Shown here one piece after another: positions 54,853 through 62,652 of a stretch of 64,000 bases of DNA (position 1 is its first letter; every line of letters begins with the position of its first letter). The translations under genes and the position numbers were made by a program. The DNA comes from a virus, in IMG/VR virus record IMGVR_UViG_3300032325_000466, positions 64,001-128,000 of that record. One strand, given 5' to 3'. The notes under the pieces are model-generated. The model was not told the origin of the DNA. It was given only the letters and a program-made list of their open reading frames with translations, and searched no databases.

Positions 54853-55844
54853 CAGATAACTTACCAACTCAAATCAATGGCGTGGTCACAACTTTCAAGA
54901 ACATTCAAACTCACGCTGATCGTGATGGGTACGATCTTGTTTATCTTGACCCCGGGCAGTTTTACCATATTGATTGTCCTGGCTACCCTGAGGTTAAACT
55001 CTCCTTACCTTGGAAAATTGGCAAAAAGATCAAGGCGTTATCTCCCGATTATATTCACATTGCTACGGAAGGGCCGGTAGGCTTAGCCGCTAGAATTTGG
55101 TGCGATATGAATGGGTATTCATATAATACTTCATATCATACTAAATTCCCAGAATTTCTTAAAAAGATATATGGTATCCCCGAGGGCTTTACTTATAGAT
55201 ATGTTCGTTGGTTTCATAAACATAGTGGTAGAGTATTAACAACTACACAGTCTATGGTCGATCAGTTATATGATCATAAATTTAAAACTAACATAGTAGC
55301 TTGGACTAGGGGAGTAGATCGTGAATACCTACAGCCAAGTCGAGTATGGAATCACGATCATTATATAGGTCTAAAGCCACTAGTATTATATGTAGGTCGT
55401 GTAAGTAAAGAAAAGAATTTAGATGCACTATGTAAACTACAACATAAATATAAAATTCATATCGTAGGAGACGGTCCTGATCGTGCGAGATTAGAACGGG
55501 AATATACTGATGTAGAGTTTTTAGGATACAAAACAGGTCAAGCGTTGGCAGATTGTTATGCTTGGGCTGATGTATTTGCTTTTCCCAGTTTAGTTGACAC
55601 ATTTGGCATAGTTATTATAGAATCTCTAAGCTTAGGAACACCTGTAGCAGCATATCGTGTACAGGGCCCACTTGATATCTTAGAAGAGGGCGTAACAGGG
55701 TACATGTGTGATGATCTAGCTACTAGTATAGATCAGTGTTTATTACTAGACCGAGATCAAGTCAAACAATCTAGTGAACGATGGACTTGGGAAAATTGCT
55801 GGGAAGTCTTTAAAGAAAATTTAACGGAACTAGAAAATAAATAA
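54828..55844 (+). CDS. agt: Agt-like GT4 diacylglycerol glycosyltransferase
   Basis: IVTD...QINGVV, CP.YPE..L, IHIATEGP.GL.AR, TSYHT.FPE, RWFH, VGRVSKEKNL, ADVF.FPS..DTFG motifs. Confidence 0.8.
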   Translation: MHKTILIVTDNLPTQINGVVTTFKNIQTHADRDGYDLVYLDPGQFYHIDCPGYPEVKLSLPWKIGKKIKALSPDYIHIATEGPVGLAARIWCDMNGYSYNTSYHTKFPEFLKKIYGIPEGFTYRYVRWFHKHSGRVLTTTQSMVDQLYDHKFKTNIVAWTRGVDREYLQPSRVWNHDHYIGLKPLVLYVGRVSKEKNLDALCKLQHKYKIHIVGDGPDRARLEREYTDVEFLGYKTGQALADCYAWADVFAFPSLVDTFGIVIIESLSLGTPVAAYRVQGPLDILEEGVTGYMCDDLATSIDQCLLLDRDQVKQSSERWTWENCWEVFKENLTELENK

Positions 55845-55848
55845 CATC

Positions 55849-56103
55849 ATGGAAATAAAGCAAGCAACTGATTGGCAAACAGTATCAACTAAAATCAGGC
55901 GAGAGTTAAACGACATAAAGTATAACCCAGACCTATACAAAATGCTAAAAAACATTGACGCAATGGTAACTGAGATTTCTAAGCTAGAAGTTATCTATCG
56001 CAGGGCTATCTCTAGGCCCGCACTAGACGCTAAGTTAGCAGACGCTAACAAAGCTATCACACATTTAGAAAAATTGATCCTCATGGCCAAGCTTATGAAC
56101 TGA
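55849..56103 (+). CDS. Hypothetical protein
   Basis: 84 aa ORF; TAAATA 55838-55843 5 nt upstream. Confidence 0.6.
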   Translation: MEIKQATDWQTVSTKIRRELNDIKYNPDLYKMLKNIDAMVTEISKLEVIYRRAISRPALDAKLADANKAITHLEKLILMAKLMN

Positions 56104-56177
56104 TGTAAACTTGAGTTTACATGTCAACCTAGGCTTACATTATGACAAATGTCACAAAACTGTGTCTAACCCTAGAT

Positions 56178-56206
56178 TTGACATTAAATGGGCATCAGTG
56201 TATAAT
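56178..56206 (+). promoter_or_regulatory. Early sigma70 promoter, leaderless to ATG 56213
   Basis: TTGACA-TTAAATGGGCATCAGTG-TATAAT then 6 nt to ATG. Confidence 0.8.
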
Positions 56207-56212
56207 AGCTTT

Positions 56213-56554
56213 ATGAACTCGACAAACACCCGTAAGCGCAGAACCGATCGCAATCAAGTGATTTACTTTATCCAAGATAAAGTCACTGGTGAGCAGTATA
56301 TTGGTCTGACTGCACTGTCATTCAACGGCAGCGTCTTTAAGACTCTTCGTCGCCGCATGCAAAAGCATATGCAACGGGCCCTTGCTGAAAACAAAGATTG
56401 GGGTCTTTCGCGGGCTTTACGAGAGCATGGCGCCCAGCGTTTTGTTTTTGGCAAGTTGGAAATCGTTCGAGGCAAAGGCCCCGCTCATGCCCGCGAGACT
56501 GAACTGATCAATTCGCTTCAACCCAAACTGAACACATTTGGCGTCAAAGTTTGA
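56213..56554 (+). CDS. GIY-YIG family nuclease
   Basis: VIYFI..YIGLT, R..KH, E..LI..LN motifs; start moved from 56111 because the promoter lies inside the longer ORF. Confidence 0.75.
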   Translation: MNSTNTRKRRTDRNQVIYFIQDKVTGEQYIGLTALSFNGSVFKTLRRRMQKHMQRALAENKDWGLSRALREHGAQRFVFGKLEIVRGKGPAHARETELINSLQPKLNTFGVKV

Positions 56555-56579
56555 CAATAAATGAGTTTGGGTATAGAAT
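56551..56579 (+). promoter_or_regulatory. Early sigma70 promoter
   Basis: TTGACA-ATAAAT...(17 nt)-TAGAAT. Confidence 0.8.
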
Positions 56580-56609
56580 ATTCACTCATACTTAGAAAAC
56601 GGAAAGAAT

Positions 56610-56879
56610 ATGAAAATCGAAACTCGTGTTGCCCGCACCAATCTGCGCCGCGAAACTACTGCTAAAAACCTTCGCCTTCTGCGCGAAGTTTTGATCGATG
56701 TTCAAGTTGCCAAAGGATGGGACGAAGAGTCCGGTCAAGCCTACGCTAACGGATACACTGAGAGTATGCTTCTCGATGTTATTTTGGAGCTTGCCTCCAA
56801 GTCTCGCTATGAAGACCTCAACGGGCTGCTTACTGCCCGTCGCATGGAAAAGCTTAACCAATTGCGTGGACAAAAATAG
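56610..56879 (+). CDS. Hypothetical early protein
   Basis: 89 aa ORF with SD and upstream promoter. Confidence 0.65.
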   Translation: MKIETRVARTNLRRETTAKNLRLLREVLIDVQVAKGWDEESGQAYANGYTESMLLDVILELASKSRYEDLNGLLTARRMEKLNQLRGQK

Positions 56880-56930
56880 GTCAAAGTTGAGTGATAACTA
56901 TTAAATAGTTATTTAGAAAAGGAAAAACTC

Positions 56931-57440
56931 ATGAGTATTGTATTAGAAGCAAGCTTATCCAGAGTTTGGCAACATTTTAATAGTGACCGCCCAGTTGCAT
57001 TGCTAACTGGTTTTAGGGGTGAGTACACTAGAGAAGAGAATCTGCGTAGAAACGCGGCTTTAGCGGCCGACATTAGAAATCTTGGCCTTGGGTTCTTTTA
57101 TGTAGATGGATACTGGATAGAAAATCAGGGCACTCCCGAAGAACGCAAAGTCAGTGAAGATAGTATTTTTGTAATAGGTGAACCTAGTACTGATGAAAAA
57201 TTTTTGGACACTATTGTAAAATTTGGCCGTCAGTATGATCAAGATGGCGTCTTGGTAAAAACAGAAGATACTGTAGCTATCTATGATAAGAATGGTGAAG
57301 TGCTGTACCCGCTCAATAAATTGAATCCTGGAAAACTGGGAACAATGTATACTAAACTAAGAAATAACAAACATACCAATACCTTTGTCTTTACTGAAGA
57401 ACGGGTTGATCGTGGTTGGGCCGGCCGTTTTACCGCTTGA
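56931..57440 (+). CDS. S-adenosylmethionine lyase (T3 SAMase-like) homolog
   Basis: LTGFRG..E.N.RR, GYWIE, EDSIFV, YDQDGVLV line up by eye with T3 SAMase VSAFRS..VN..R, GCYRE, EKTVRV, WEQDCVLV; TAAATA at 56902-56907. Confidence 0.65.
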   Translation: MSIVLEASLSRVWQHFNSDRPVALLTGFRGEYTREENLRRNAALAADIRNLGLGFFYVDGYWIENQGTPEERKVSEDSIFVIGEPSTDEKFLDTIVKFGRQYDQDGVLVKTEDTVAIYDKNGEVLYPLNKLNPGKLGTMYTKLRNNKHTNTFVFTEERVDRGWAGRFTA

Positions 57441-57459
57441 ATAAAGAAACGAACCTAAA

Positions 57460-57855
57460 ATGAATGCTTGGAGTCATCTACCCAACGCGACACATATAGA
57501 CCGCATATTGGCTTCAGTACACGCAAATCCCAAATTATGGGAGCAGGCATGGGTGCAGGTATGGCTGCCGGCATGGAATAAGGCAAGGGTGCAGGTATGG
57601 AAGCAGGCAAGGGATCAGGCATGGGATCAGGCAGGGTATCAGGCAAGGGATCAGGCAAGGGATCAGGCAAGGGATCAGGCAAGGGGTACCATACTTGCAC
57701 TGATTGCATATGATGATTCAGCCAAGTACCTAAATCTTCCCATTGACCAACTACAAATGCTTTACCATTTGACTGAACACCCAGCTTGTATTTTACTACA
57801 ACCAGCCGTTGTTGCATTTGCGATGGAAAAGGAACGAGAACTGGCCCAAGGTTGA
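57460..57855 (+). CDS. Tetrapeptide-repeat (QARD/QAWD) protein
   Basis: 131 aa ORF with unique N and C flanks around a repeat core. Confidence 0.75.
   Translation: MNAWSHLPNATHIDRILASVHANPKLWEQAWVQVWLPAWNKARVQVWKQARDQAWDQAGYQARDQARDQARDQARGTILALIAYDDSAKYLNLPIDQLQMLYHLTEHPACILLQPAVVAFAMEKERELAQG
57544..57687 (+). repeat. 12 x 12 bp in-frame tandem repeat, consensus CAGGCAAGGGAT
   Basis: Exact 12 bp period from 57544 to 57676; three identical units at 57640-57675. Confidence 0.95.
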
Positions 57856-57880
57856 CAATAAATGGATTAGGGCGTATAAT
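57852..57880 (+). promoter_or_regulatory. Early sigma70 promoter
   Basis: TTGACA-ATAAAT...(17 nt)-TATAAT. Confidence 0.85.
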
Positions 57881-57910
57881 ACTCTTATACACTGAAACAT
57901 TGGAGTTTTA

Positions 57911-58258
57911 ATGAAAATCGAAATCGAAAACTACTTGGCAGCTATCGCTAATGACTATGCGCGATGGAACACTCTTAAAGATGATGCTACTGAAAGCGCC
58001 AAGCGTATTCGCGTCGAATTGGTTTCGGAATTCTGTGCCGGACTTACCATCGAAGAAGGTAACAAGTATATCAAGGTCATCTCTGGCGCTAGGGGTCAAC
58101 GGAGTGTGCATTCGTTTATCGTCAAAAAAGACGATGGCAAGTTCAAGGCCGGCGACATTTTGAAGGCAGCATCTTGGGCAGCACCTGCCAAGAATTTTAG
58201 CCGTGGCAATGTACTGACTGGAAATTTTGGGTCAGTTCATTGGACTGGCGCGCAATAA
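57911..58258 (+). CDS. Conserved phage early hypothetical protein
   Basis: KYIKV..SVH.FI..G..LK.A.W.APAK..RGN pattern seen in T4-like phages; SD GGAG. Confidence 0.65.
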   Translation: MKIEIENYLAAIANDYARWNTLKDDATESAKRIRVELVSEFCAGLTIEEGNKYIKVISGARGQRSVHSFIVKKDDGKFKAGDILKAASWAAPAKNFSRGNVLTGNFGSVHWTGAQ

Positions 58259-58263
58259 TTTGT

Positions 58264-58292
58264 TTGACAATAAATCCCTGATTCTATATAAT
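58264..58292 (+). promoter_or_regulatory. Early sigma70 promoter
   Basis: TTGACA-ATAAAT...(17 nt)-TATAAT. Confidence 0.85.
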
Positions 58293-58324
58293 CACTTCAC
58301 ACTTAAACAACAGGAGTAGCAAAA

Positions 58325-59428
58325 ATGGCTTCATCAGTTTCAGACAATCTTACGCTTACCTCAGTTCAGGTCCGCAAAGCATTGCTCAAGTCTTTCAAGG
58401 TTCAGCGTCCCATCTTTCTTTGGGGTCCTCCCGGTATCGGCAAGAGTGAGGTTGTTGCTGAGATTGCCCAAGAACTGGGCGGTCATATGATCGACCTGCG
58501 TATGTCGCAAATGGAACCCACTGACATTCGTGGTATCCCTTTCTATAACAAAGAACTGGGCAAGATGGATTGGGCTCCCCCAATCGAACTTCCTGATCAG
58601 GAACTGGCTGACCAGTTCCCCATTATCGTACTCTTCCTCGATGAGATGAATGCAGCCCCGCCAAGTGTGCAGGCCGCAGCGTATCAGCTTATTCTCAACC
58701 GTGGTGTTGGTAAGTATCGTCTGCCCAAGAATGTTGTGCTGGTTGCTGCAGGTAATCGTGAGTCAGACAAGGGCGTAACTTATCGTATGCCCAAGCCCCT
58801 TGCTAATCGTTTCTTGCATTTGGAAATGCGTAGTGACTTTGCTTCATGGCAGACATGGGCAGTGGATAAAAAGATTCACAAGGACGTGGTTGGTTACTTG
58901 AGTTTTGCTAAACAGGATCTAAACGACGATTCTAATAGCAACTCCAGCAGCCGAGCTTTCCCAACTCCCCGTTCGTGGTGCTTTGTCAGCGACCTACTTG
59001 ATGACGACGACACTGATACCGATACTCTGTTCAATCTGGTTGCAGGTGCAGTTGGTGACGGTCTGGCAGTCAAGTTTATGGCTCATCGCAAAGTGTCCGG
59101 CAAAATGCCCTCGCCCACTGACATTCTGTCTGGCAAGGTCATGGACCTGCAAGTCAAGGAAATCTCGGCAATGTACTCGCTGACCATTTCTATGTGCTAC
59201 GAACTGAAAGATGCACTGGATAACAAGCGGGTCAGCAACAAAGAGTTCCATGTGATGGCTGATAACTTCTTCAACTATATCATGGCTAACTTCGAAACGG
59301 AGCTGGTTGTTATGGGTGCAAAGATTGCCCTCAAAACTTACAAGCTGCCCATCGATCCCGTTCAACTCAAGAATTTCGACACTTTCCATAAGAAATATGG
59401 CAAGTACATTGTCGAAGCAGGCAACTGA
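58325..59428 (+). CDS. MoxR-type AAA+ ATPase
   Basis: Walker A GPPGIGKS, Walker B LFLDEMN, AGNR, LANRF. Confidence 0.9.
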   Translation: MASSVSDNLTLTSVQVRKALLKSFKVQRPIFLWGPPGIGKSEVVAEIAQELGGHMIDLRMSQMEPTDIRGIPFYNKELGKMDWAPPIELPDQELADQFPIIVLFLDEMNAAPPSVQAAAYQLILNRGVGKYRLPKNVVLVAAGNRESDKGVTYRMPKPLANRFLHLEMRSDFASWQTWAVDKKIHKDVVGYLSFAKQDLNDDSNSNSSSRAFPTPRSWCFVSDLLDDDDTDTDTLFNLVAGAVGDGLAVKFMAHRKVSGKMPSPTDILSGKVMDLQVKEISAMYSLTISMCYELKDALDNKRVSNKEFHVMADNFFNYIMANFETELVVMGAKIALKTYKLPIDPVQLKNFDTFHKKYGKYIVEAGN

Positions 59429-59474
59429 TTGGTGTCAGTTGTCTACTCAGGTAAGAGGTAATACTCTTACCCCT

Positions 59475-59502
59475 AGGGTGAGAATATTCTCACCCTTTTT
59501 TT
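59475..59502 (+). terminator. Perfect 22 bp palindrome followed by a T run
   Basis: agggtgagaat/attctcaccct followed by T residues. Confidence 0.75.
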
Positions 59503-59515
59503 AAGGATAGTAAAA

Positions 59516-59719
59516 ATGATCGATACAAAAAAATTCAAAGTGATTTTTGATACCAATATTCTTGACCGAGAGCTTGGTACGGAACAGGAAATGGAAAATC
59601 TTACTACAGAAATCCAACTGTATATCGATGAACTGGATATTGGTCCTGAAACCGATATGGATTTGGTCCTAATGGATGCACTGGACAGCATTTTGGGCGA
59701 ACATAGGGTTCTTCATTGA
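59516..59719 (+). CDS. Small acidic hypothetical protein
   Basis: 67 aa ORF with SD AAGGA. Confidence 0.55.
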   Translation: MIDTKKFKVIFDTNILDRELGTEQEMENLTTEIQLYIDELDIGPETDMDLVLMDALDSILGEHRVLH

Positions 59720-59722
59720 AGG

Positions 59723-59751
59723 TTGACAATAAATACGGACACTGCTATAAT
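59723..59751 (+). promoter_or_regulatory. Early sigma70 promoter
   Basis: TTGACA-ATAAAT...(17 nt)-TATAAT. Confidence 0.85.
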
Positions 59752-59776
59752 AGCAGTATCATAGAAAAGGATCGAC

Positions 59777-61123
59777 ATGACTATTAGCGCACTTTCAGAT
59801 TTTCGCAGTTACCCCATCTCTACTCTGCCCATTCGCATGAGTGAGGTAATCAATCCAACCAAAAAGCGTAAGCGTAGCAAAAAGTTTGAAAAATTGGTTG
59901 GCCCAACCGATCCCAAGATCGATGCACAAGCCCGCGAGCGTTTGGTTACTGCCCGTATTGGTCTGCTTCTACGCCATGCTTTCTTTGGCAATTTGGCTAC
60001 TAGGTTGACTCTCATCAATGCCGATGAGTGGTGCTCTACTGCTGCCACAGACGGTCAAAAATTCTACTACAATAGCCGCTTCATTATGATGCTGAAGGTC
60101 AAGGAAGTAGAATTCCTTGTAGGTCATGAAGTGCTGCATGTGGTCTATGATCATATGGATCGTAGAGTTGACCGTGATCCGCAGATTTGGAATATCGCAG
60201 TAGACTATGCGGTTAACGCGGACCTTAAACGGCATAGCGTTGGTCAGATGATTACCACGGTGCCCTGTTTGTATGAACTAAAATACGACGGCAAGCCTGC
60301 TGAGGAAATCTATGACGACCTCATGAAGAATGTTCAGAAAATCTCTATCGATGACCTTATCGATCAAATGGTCGACGACCATATGGAATCTGATGAAGAT
60401 GGCACCGGTGACGGCGAAGGTGATGAAGAAGGCAAAGGCAAGCGTCCCAAGATGTCTGCTGAAGAGCGCGAGCGGGTACGTCAGGAAGTAAAACAGGCTA
60501 TTATCAATGCTGCCAGCAGTGCTGAAGCAGGCACTATGCCCAAGGGTGTAGAGCGCATGATCAAGCAAATTACCAACCCAGTTATGCCCTGGCCCGAACT
60601 GATCCAAACTAATCTGACCAGTGCAATCAGGTCTGACTATTCATTTATGCGTCCCTCACGCCGCAGTTGGCACATGGATGCAATCATGCCCGGTACTAAT
60701 CCCGGTGAGGAAATTGATGTTCATATCGCTATCGATATGTCAGGCTCGATTGGTGCTGCACAGGCTCAAGTGTTTCTGGGTGAGATTGCTGGCATGATGG
60801 ACTCATTCGACGGTTACAAACTGCATGTATTTTGTTTCGATACCGAAATCTACAATCCTCAGAATTTTACTTCTGAGAATATGGATACGATTGATTCTTA
60901 TGTTCCGCAAGGTGGTGGCGGTACTGACTTTGATGTTATCTTTAGTTACCTAAAAGAAAACGCTATGGATCCCAAGCGACTGATTGTATTCACTGACGGG
61001 TATCCTTGCGGTAGCTGGGGAGATGCGAACTATTGCGACACTACTTGGATCATTCACGGCGACCCCGATCCTAGTCCCCCGTTTGGTCAGTATGCAATTT
61101 ACTCGGACCATAAGAAAGGTTGA
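59777..61123 (+). CDS. DUF2201-type zincin metallopeptidase-like domain plus vWA domain protein
   Basis: TAATDG, HEVLH (HExxH), WN.A.D..VN; vWA D.SGS, GGGGTDF, FTDG. Confidence 0.88.
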   Translation: MTISALSDFRSYPISTLPIRMSEVINPTKKRKRSKKFEKLVGPTDPKIDAQARERLVTARIGLLLRHAFFGNLATRLTLINADEWCSTAATDGQKFYYNSRFIMMLKVKEVEFLVGHEVLHVVYDHMDRRVDRDPQIWNIAVDYAVNADLKRHSVGQMITTVPCLYELKYDGKPAEEIYDDLMKNVQKISIDDLIDQMVDDHMESDEDGTGDGEGDEEGKGKRPKMSAEERERVRQEVKQAIINAASSAEAGTMPKGVERMIKQITNPVMPWPELIQTNLTSAIRSDYSFMRPSRRSWHMDAIMPGTNPGEEIDVHIAIDMSGSIGAAQAQVFLGEIAGMMDSFDGYKLHVFCFDTEIYNPQNFTSENMDTIDSYVPQGGGGTDFDVIFSYLKENAMDPKRLIVFTDGYPCGSWGDANYCDTTWIIHGDPDPSPPFGQYAIYSDHKKG

Positions 61124-61130
61124 GTAGTAA

Positions 61131-61304
61131 ATGAGTGCTTATCGTACTATAAAGCTTCCAATAGTAACACCTGAAGATTCGATTATACCTAAATGGTATG
61201 ACTGGCTTGATATACTTAAAGCTGCCAATGATTCGCCTGCTCTTGCCAATACTATAAAACAAGCTGAGACAATTTATGCCCTCATCAAAGAAGAAAAAAC
61301 TTAA
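61131..61304 (+). CDS. Small 57 aa hypothetical protein
   Basis: Not in ORF track; MSAYRTIK...WLDILKAANDSPALANTIKQAETIYALIKEEKT fills the gap. Confidence 0.55.
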   Translation: MSAYRTIKLPIVTPEDSIIPKWYDWLDILKAANDSPALANTIKQAETIYALIKEEKT

Positions 61305-61659
61305 CCATTTTTTAGCAGTGTGGGATATGTATGGCTTAGAAAGCCTACATGATGTCCTTCATGCTAAAAAACTACACGATGAATGGGAAAAGGCCAAAGT
61401 TTTAGCTATTCTTAAAGAAGAAAAAATTCCTCCTGCCCCTAGGATTATTCCACTTAACGCATTGCTATTGCGAGCAAGGTATAATAGTCATCGCCACTAT
61501 GAAATTTATGAATTTGCTACTCCCTTTAGTTTTCAAGAAATAAAAAAAATGTTCGAAGAAGACCCGCAAACAATGGCCAATACTGTTAGAGAAGTTGGTT
61601 ACAAAATTCATTCTAATCGGCTAGATGCAGAGTATCTACATCTAACCGGCTATATGTAG
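61276..61659 (+). CDS. Hypothetical protein (C-terminus possibly frameshifted)
   Basis: 127 aa ORF; see the duplication at 61612-61660. Confidence 0.6.
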   Translation: MPSSKKKKLNHFLAVWDMYGLESLHDVLHAKKLHDEWEKAKVLAILKEEKIPPAPRIIPLNALLLRARYNSHRHYEIYEFATPFSFQEIKKMFEEDPQTMANTVREVGYKIHSNRLDAEYLHLTGYM

Positions 61660-61675
61660 ATAAAAGGGTAATCGT

Positions 61676-62077
61676 ATGATACTGATTGGAACAAGTTTTG
61701 GTCGATGTATGGTGTCGATCCTTAAAGGTGAGGTGAGTGAACAAGATGTACTATTCATTGTTACAGGTACAATGTGCCCAGATAAAAAAGAATTCTTAGC
61801 TGTGGCTGAAACCTATTACCATAATGGTAATGGTAGTGTGTTTCAACCTGAACAATATAATGTCAATGGAATTGCAAGAGAAGCATACATGAGCTTGGCC
61901 AGTCATTTATATGATGCAGGCAAAATTCATCAGCCTAGAAACTTTGCATATGGTCATGGATTGGGAGGCAGCTACCATGAGGCTTGGCTACAAGTAGTTC
62001 CCACTAATGAAAACACTACACCTGCGGTTTTAGATGCATGGGAAAAATATAAAATGTTGGATAGCTTAACCAAATGA
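61676..62077 (+). CDS. Hypothetical protein
   Basis: 133 aa ORF in a coupled operon. Confidence 0.65.
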   Translation: MILIGTSFGRCMVSILKGEVSEQDVLFIVTGTMCPDKKEFLAVAETYYHNGNGSVFQPEQYNVNGIAREAYMSLASHLYDAGKIHQPRNFAYGHGLGGSYHEAWLQVVPTNENTTPAVLDAWEKYKMLDSLTK

Positions 62078-62337
62078 CTGAAGAATATACACTTGATCCA
62101 CAAACATGGTTTAGCCAACGTGAATTACAATTCACTCCCACTCACTTTGTTCAAGCTACCACAAGGCTTACTGAAGTGTCCAAACAATGGGTACTGGATA
62201 AATTAAAAGGCAGATTTGTTGTTGTTACTACTGATGATACTTATTTCCTAACATTTATGACTGATGGTCATTCTTTGGGAAAAATCGCCTTTGAAGACCC
62301 ACAAGAAGCTATTCTTTACGAACTTACTTGGTCGTGA
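62074..62337 (+). CDS. Hypothetical protein
   Basis: 87 aa ORF, ATGA overlap; ends FEDPQEAILYELTWS. Confidence 0.6.
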   Translation: MTEEYTLDPQTWFSQRELQFTPTHFVQATTRLTEVSKQWVLDKLKGRFVVVTTDDTYFLTFMTDGHSLGKIAFEDPQEAILYELTWS

Positions 62338-62588
62338 TTCCAGCAAATTATGATGGTGGGAAAGGTTGGGAACACACTAATAGAGGTTGGTATGAGTACC
62401 ATGTTAAATTCTACGATGCAACCTCAAGCGCGGACCTAATAGGTAAAGAAGAAGAAATTGTCGAATGGCTTTATAAAAACATCGACAATCCTGAACGACA
62501 TGCAAGATGGGCACCATATGATGTAGGCATGCGGGTAAAGTTTAGATTTGAAAAAGACGCACTCATGTTTGCACTGAGGTGGTTGTAA
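62328..62588 (+). CDS. Hypothetical protein
   Basis: 86 aa ORF; ends FRFEKDALMFALRWL; start uncertain. Confidence 0.55.
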   Translation: MVVIPANYDGGKGWEHTNRGWYEYHVKFYDATSSADLIGKEEEIVEWLYKNIDNPERHARWAPYDVGMRVKFRFEKDALMFALRWL

Positions 62589-62652
62589 GAAAAAATTACT
62601 ATCACGCTGTTCTCTGTTAAATATCATCATATAAACACAAGGAGAACCGAAC

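Noticed and set aside
56149-56166. Second Pho box ATGTCAC-AAAA-CTGTGTC
   Set aside because: The second half-site is weak, it sits upstream of an intact -35, and the gene has no phosphate link
56111-56212. Longer N-terminus for the GIY-YIG ORF
   Set aside because: The region contains a hairpin (56103-56122) and a consensus promoter; ATG 56213 is the likelier start
57544-57687. CRISPR array or DGR variable repeat
   Set aside because: 12 bp units without spacers, in frame; changes are not adenine-specific, and no template repeat or reverse transcriptase is in the window
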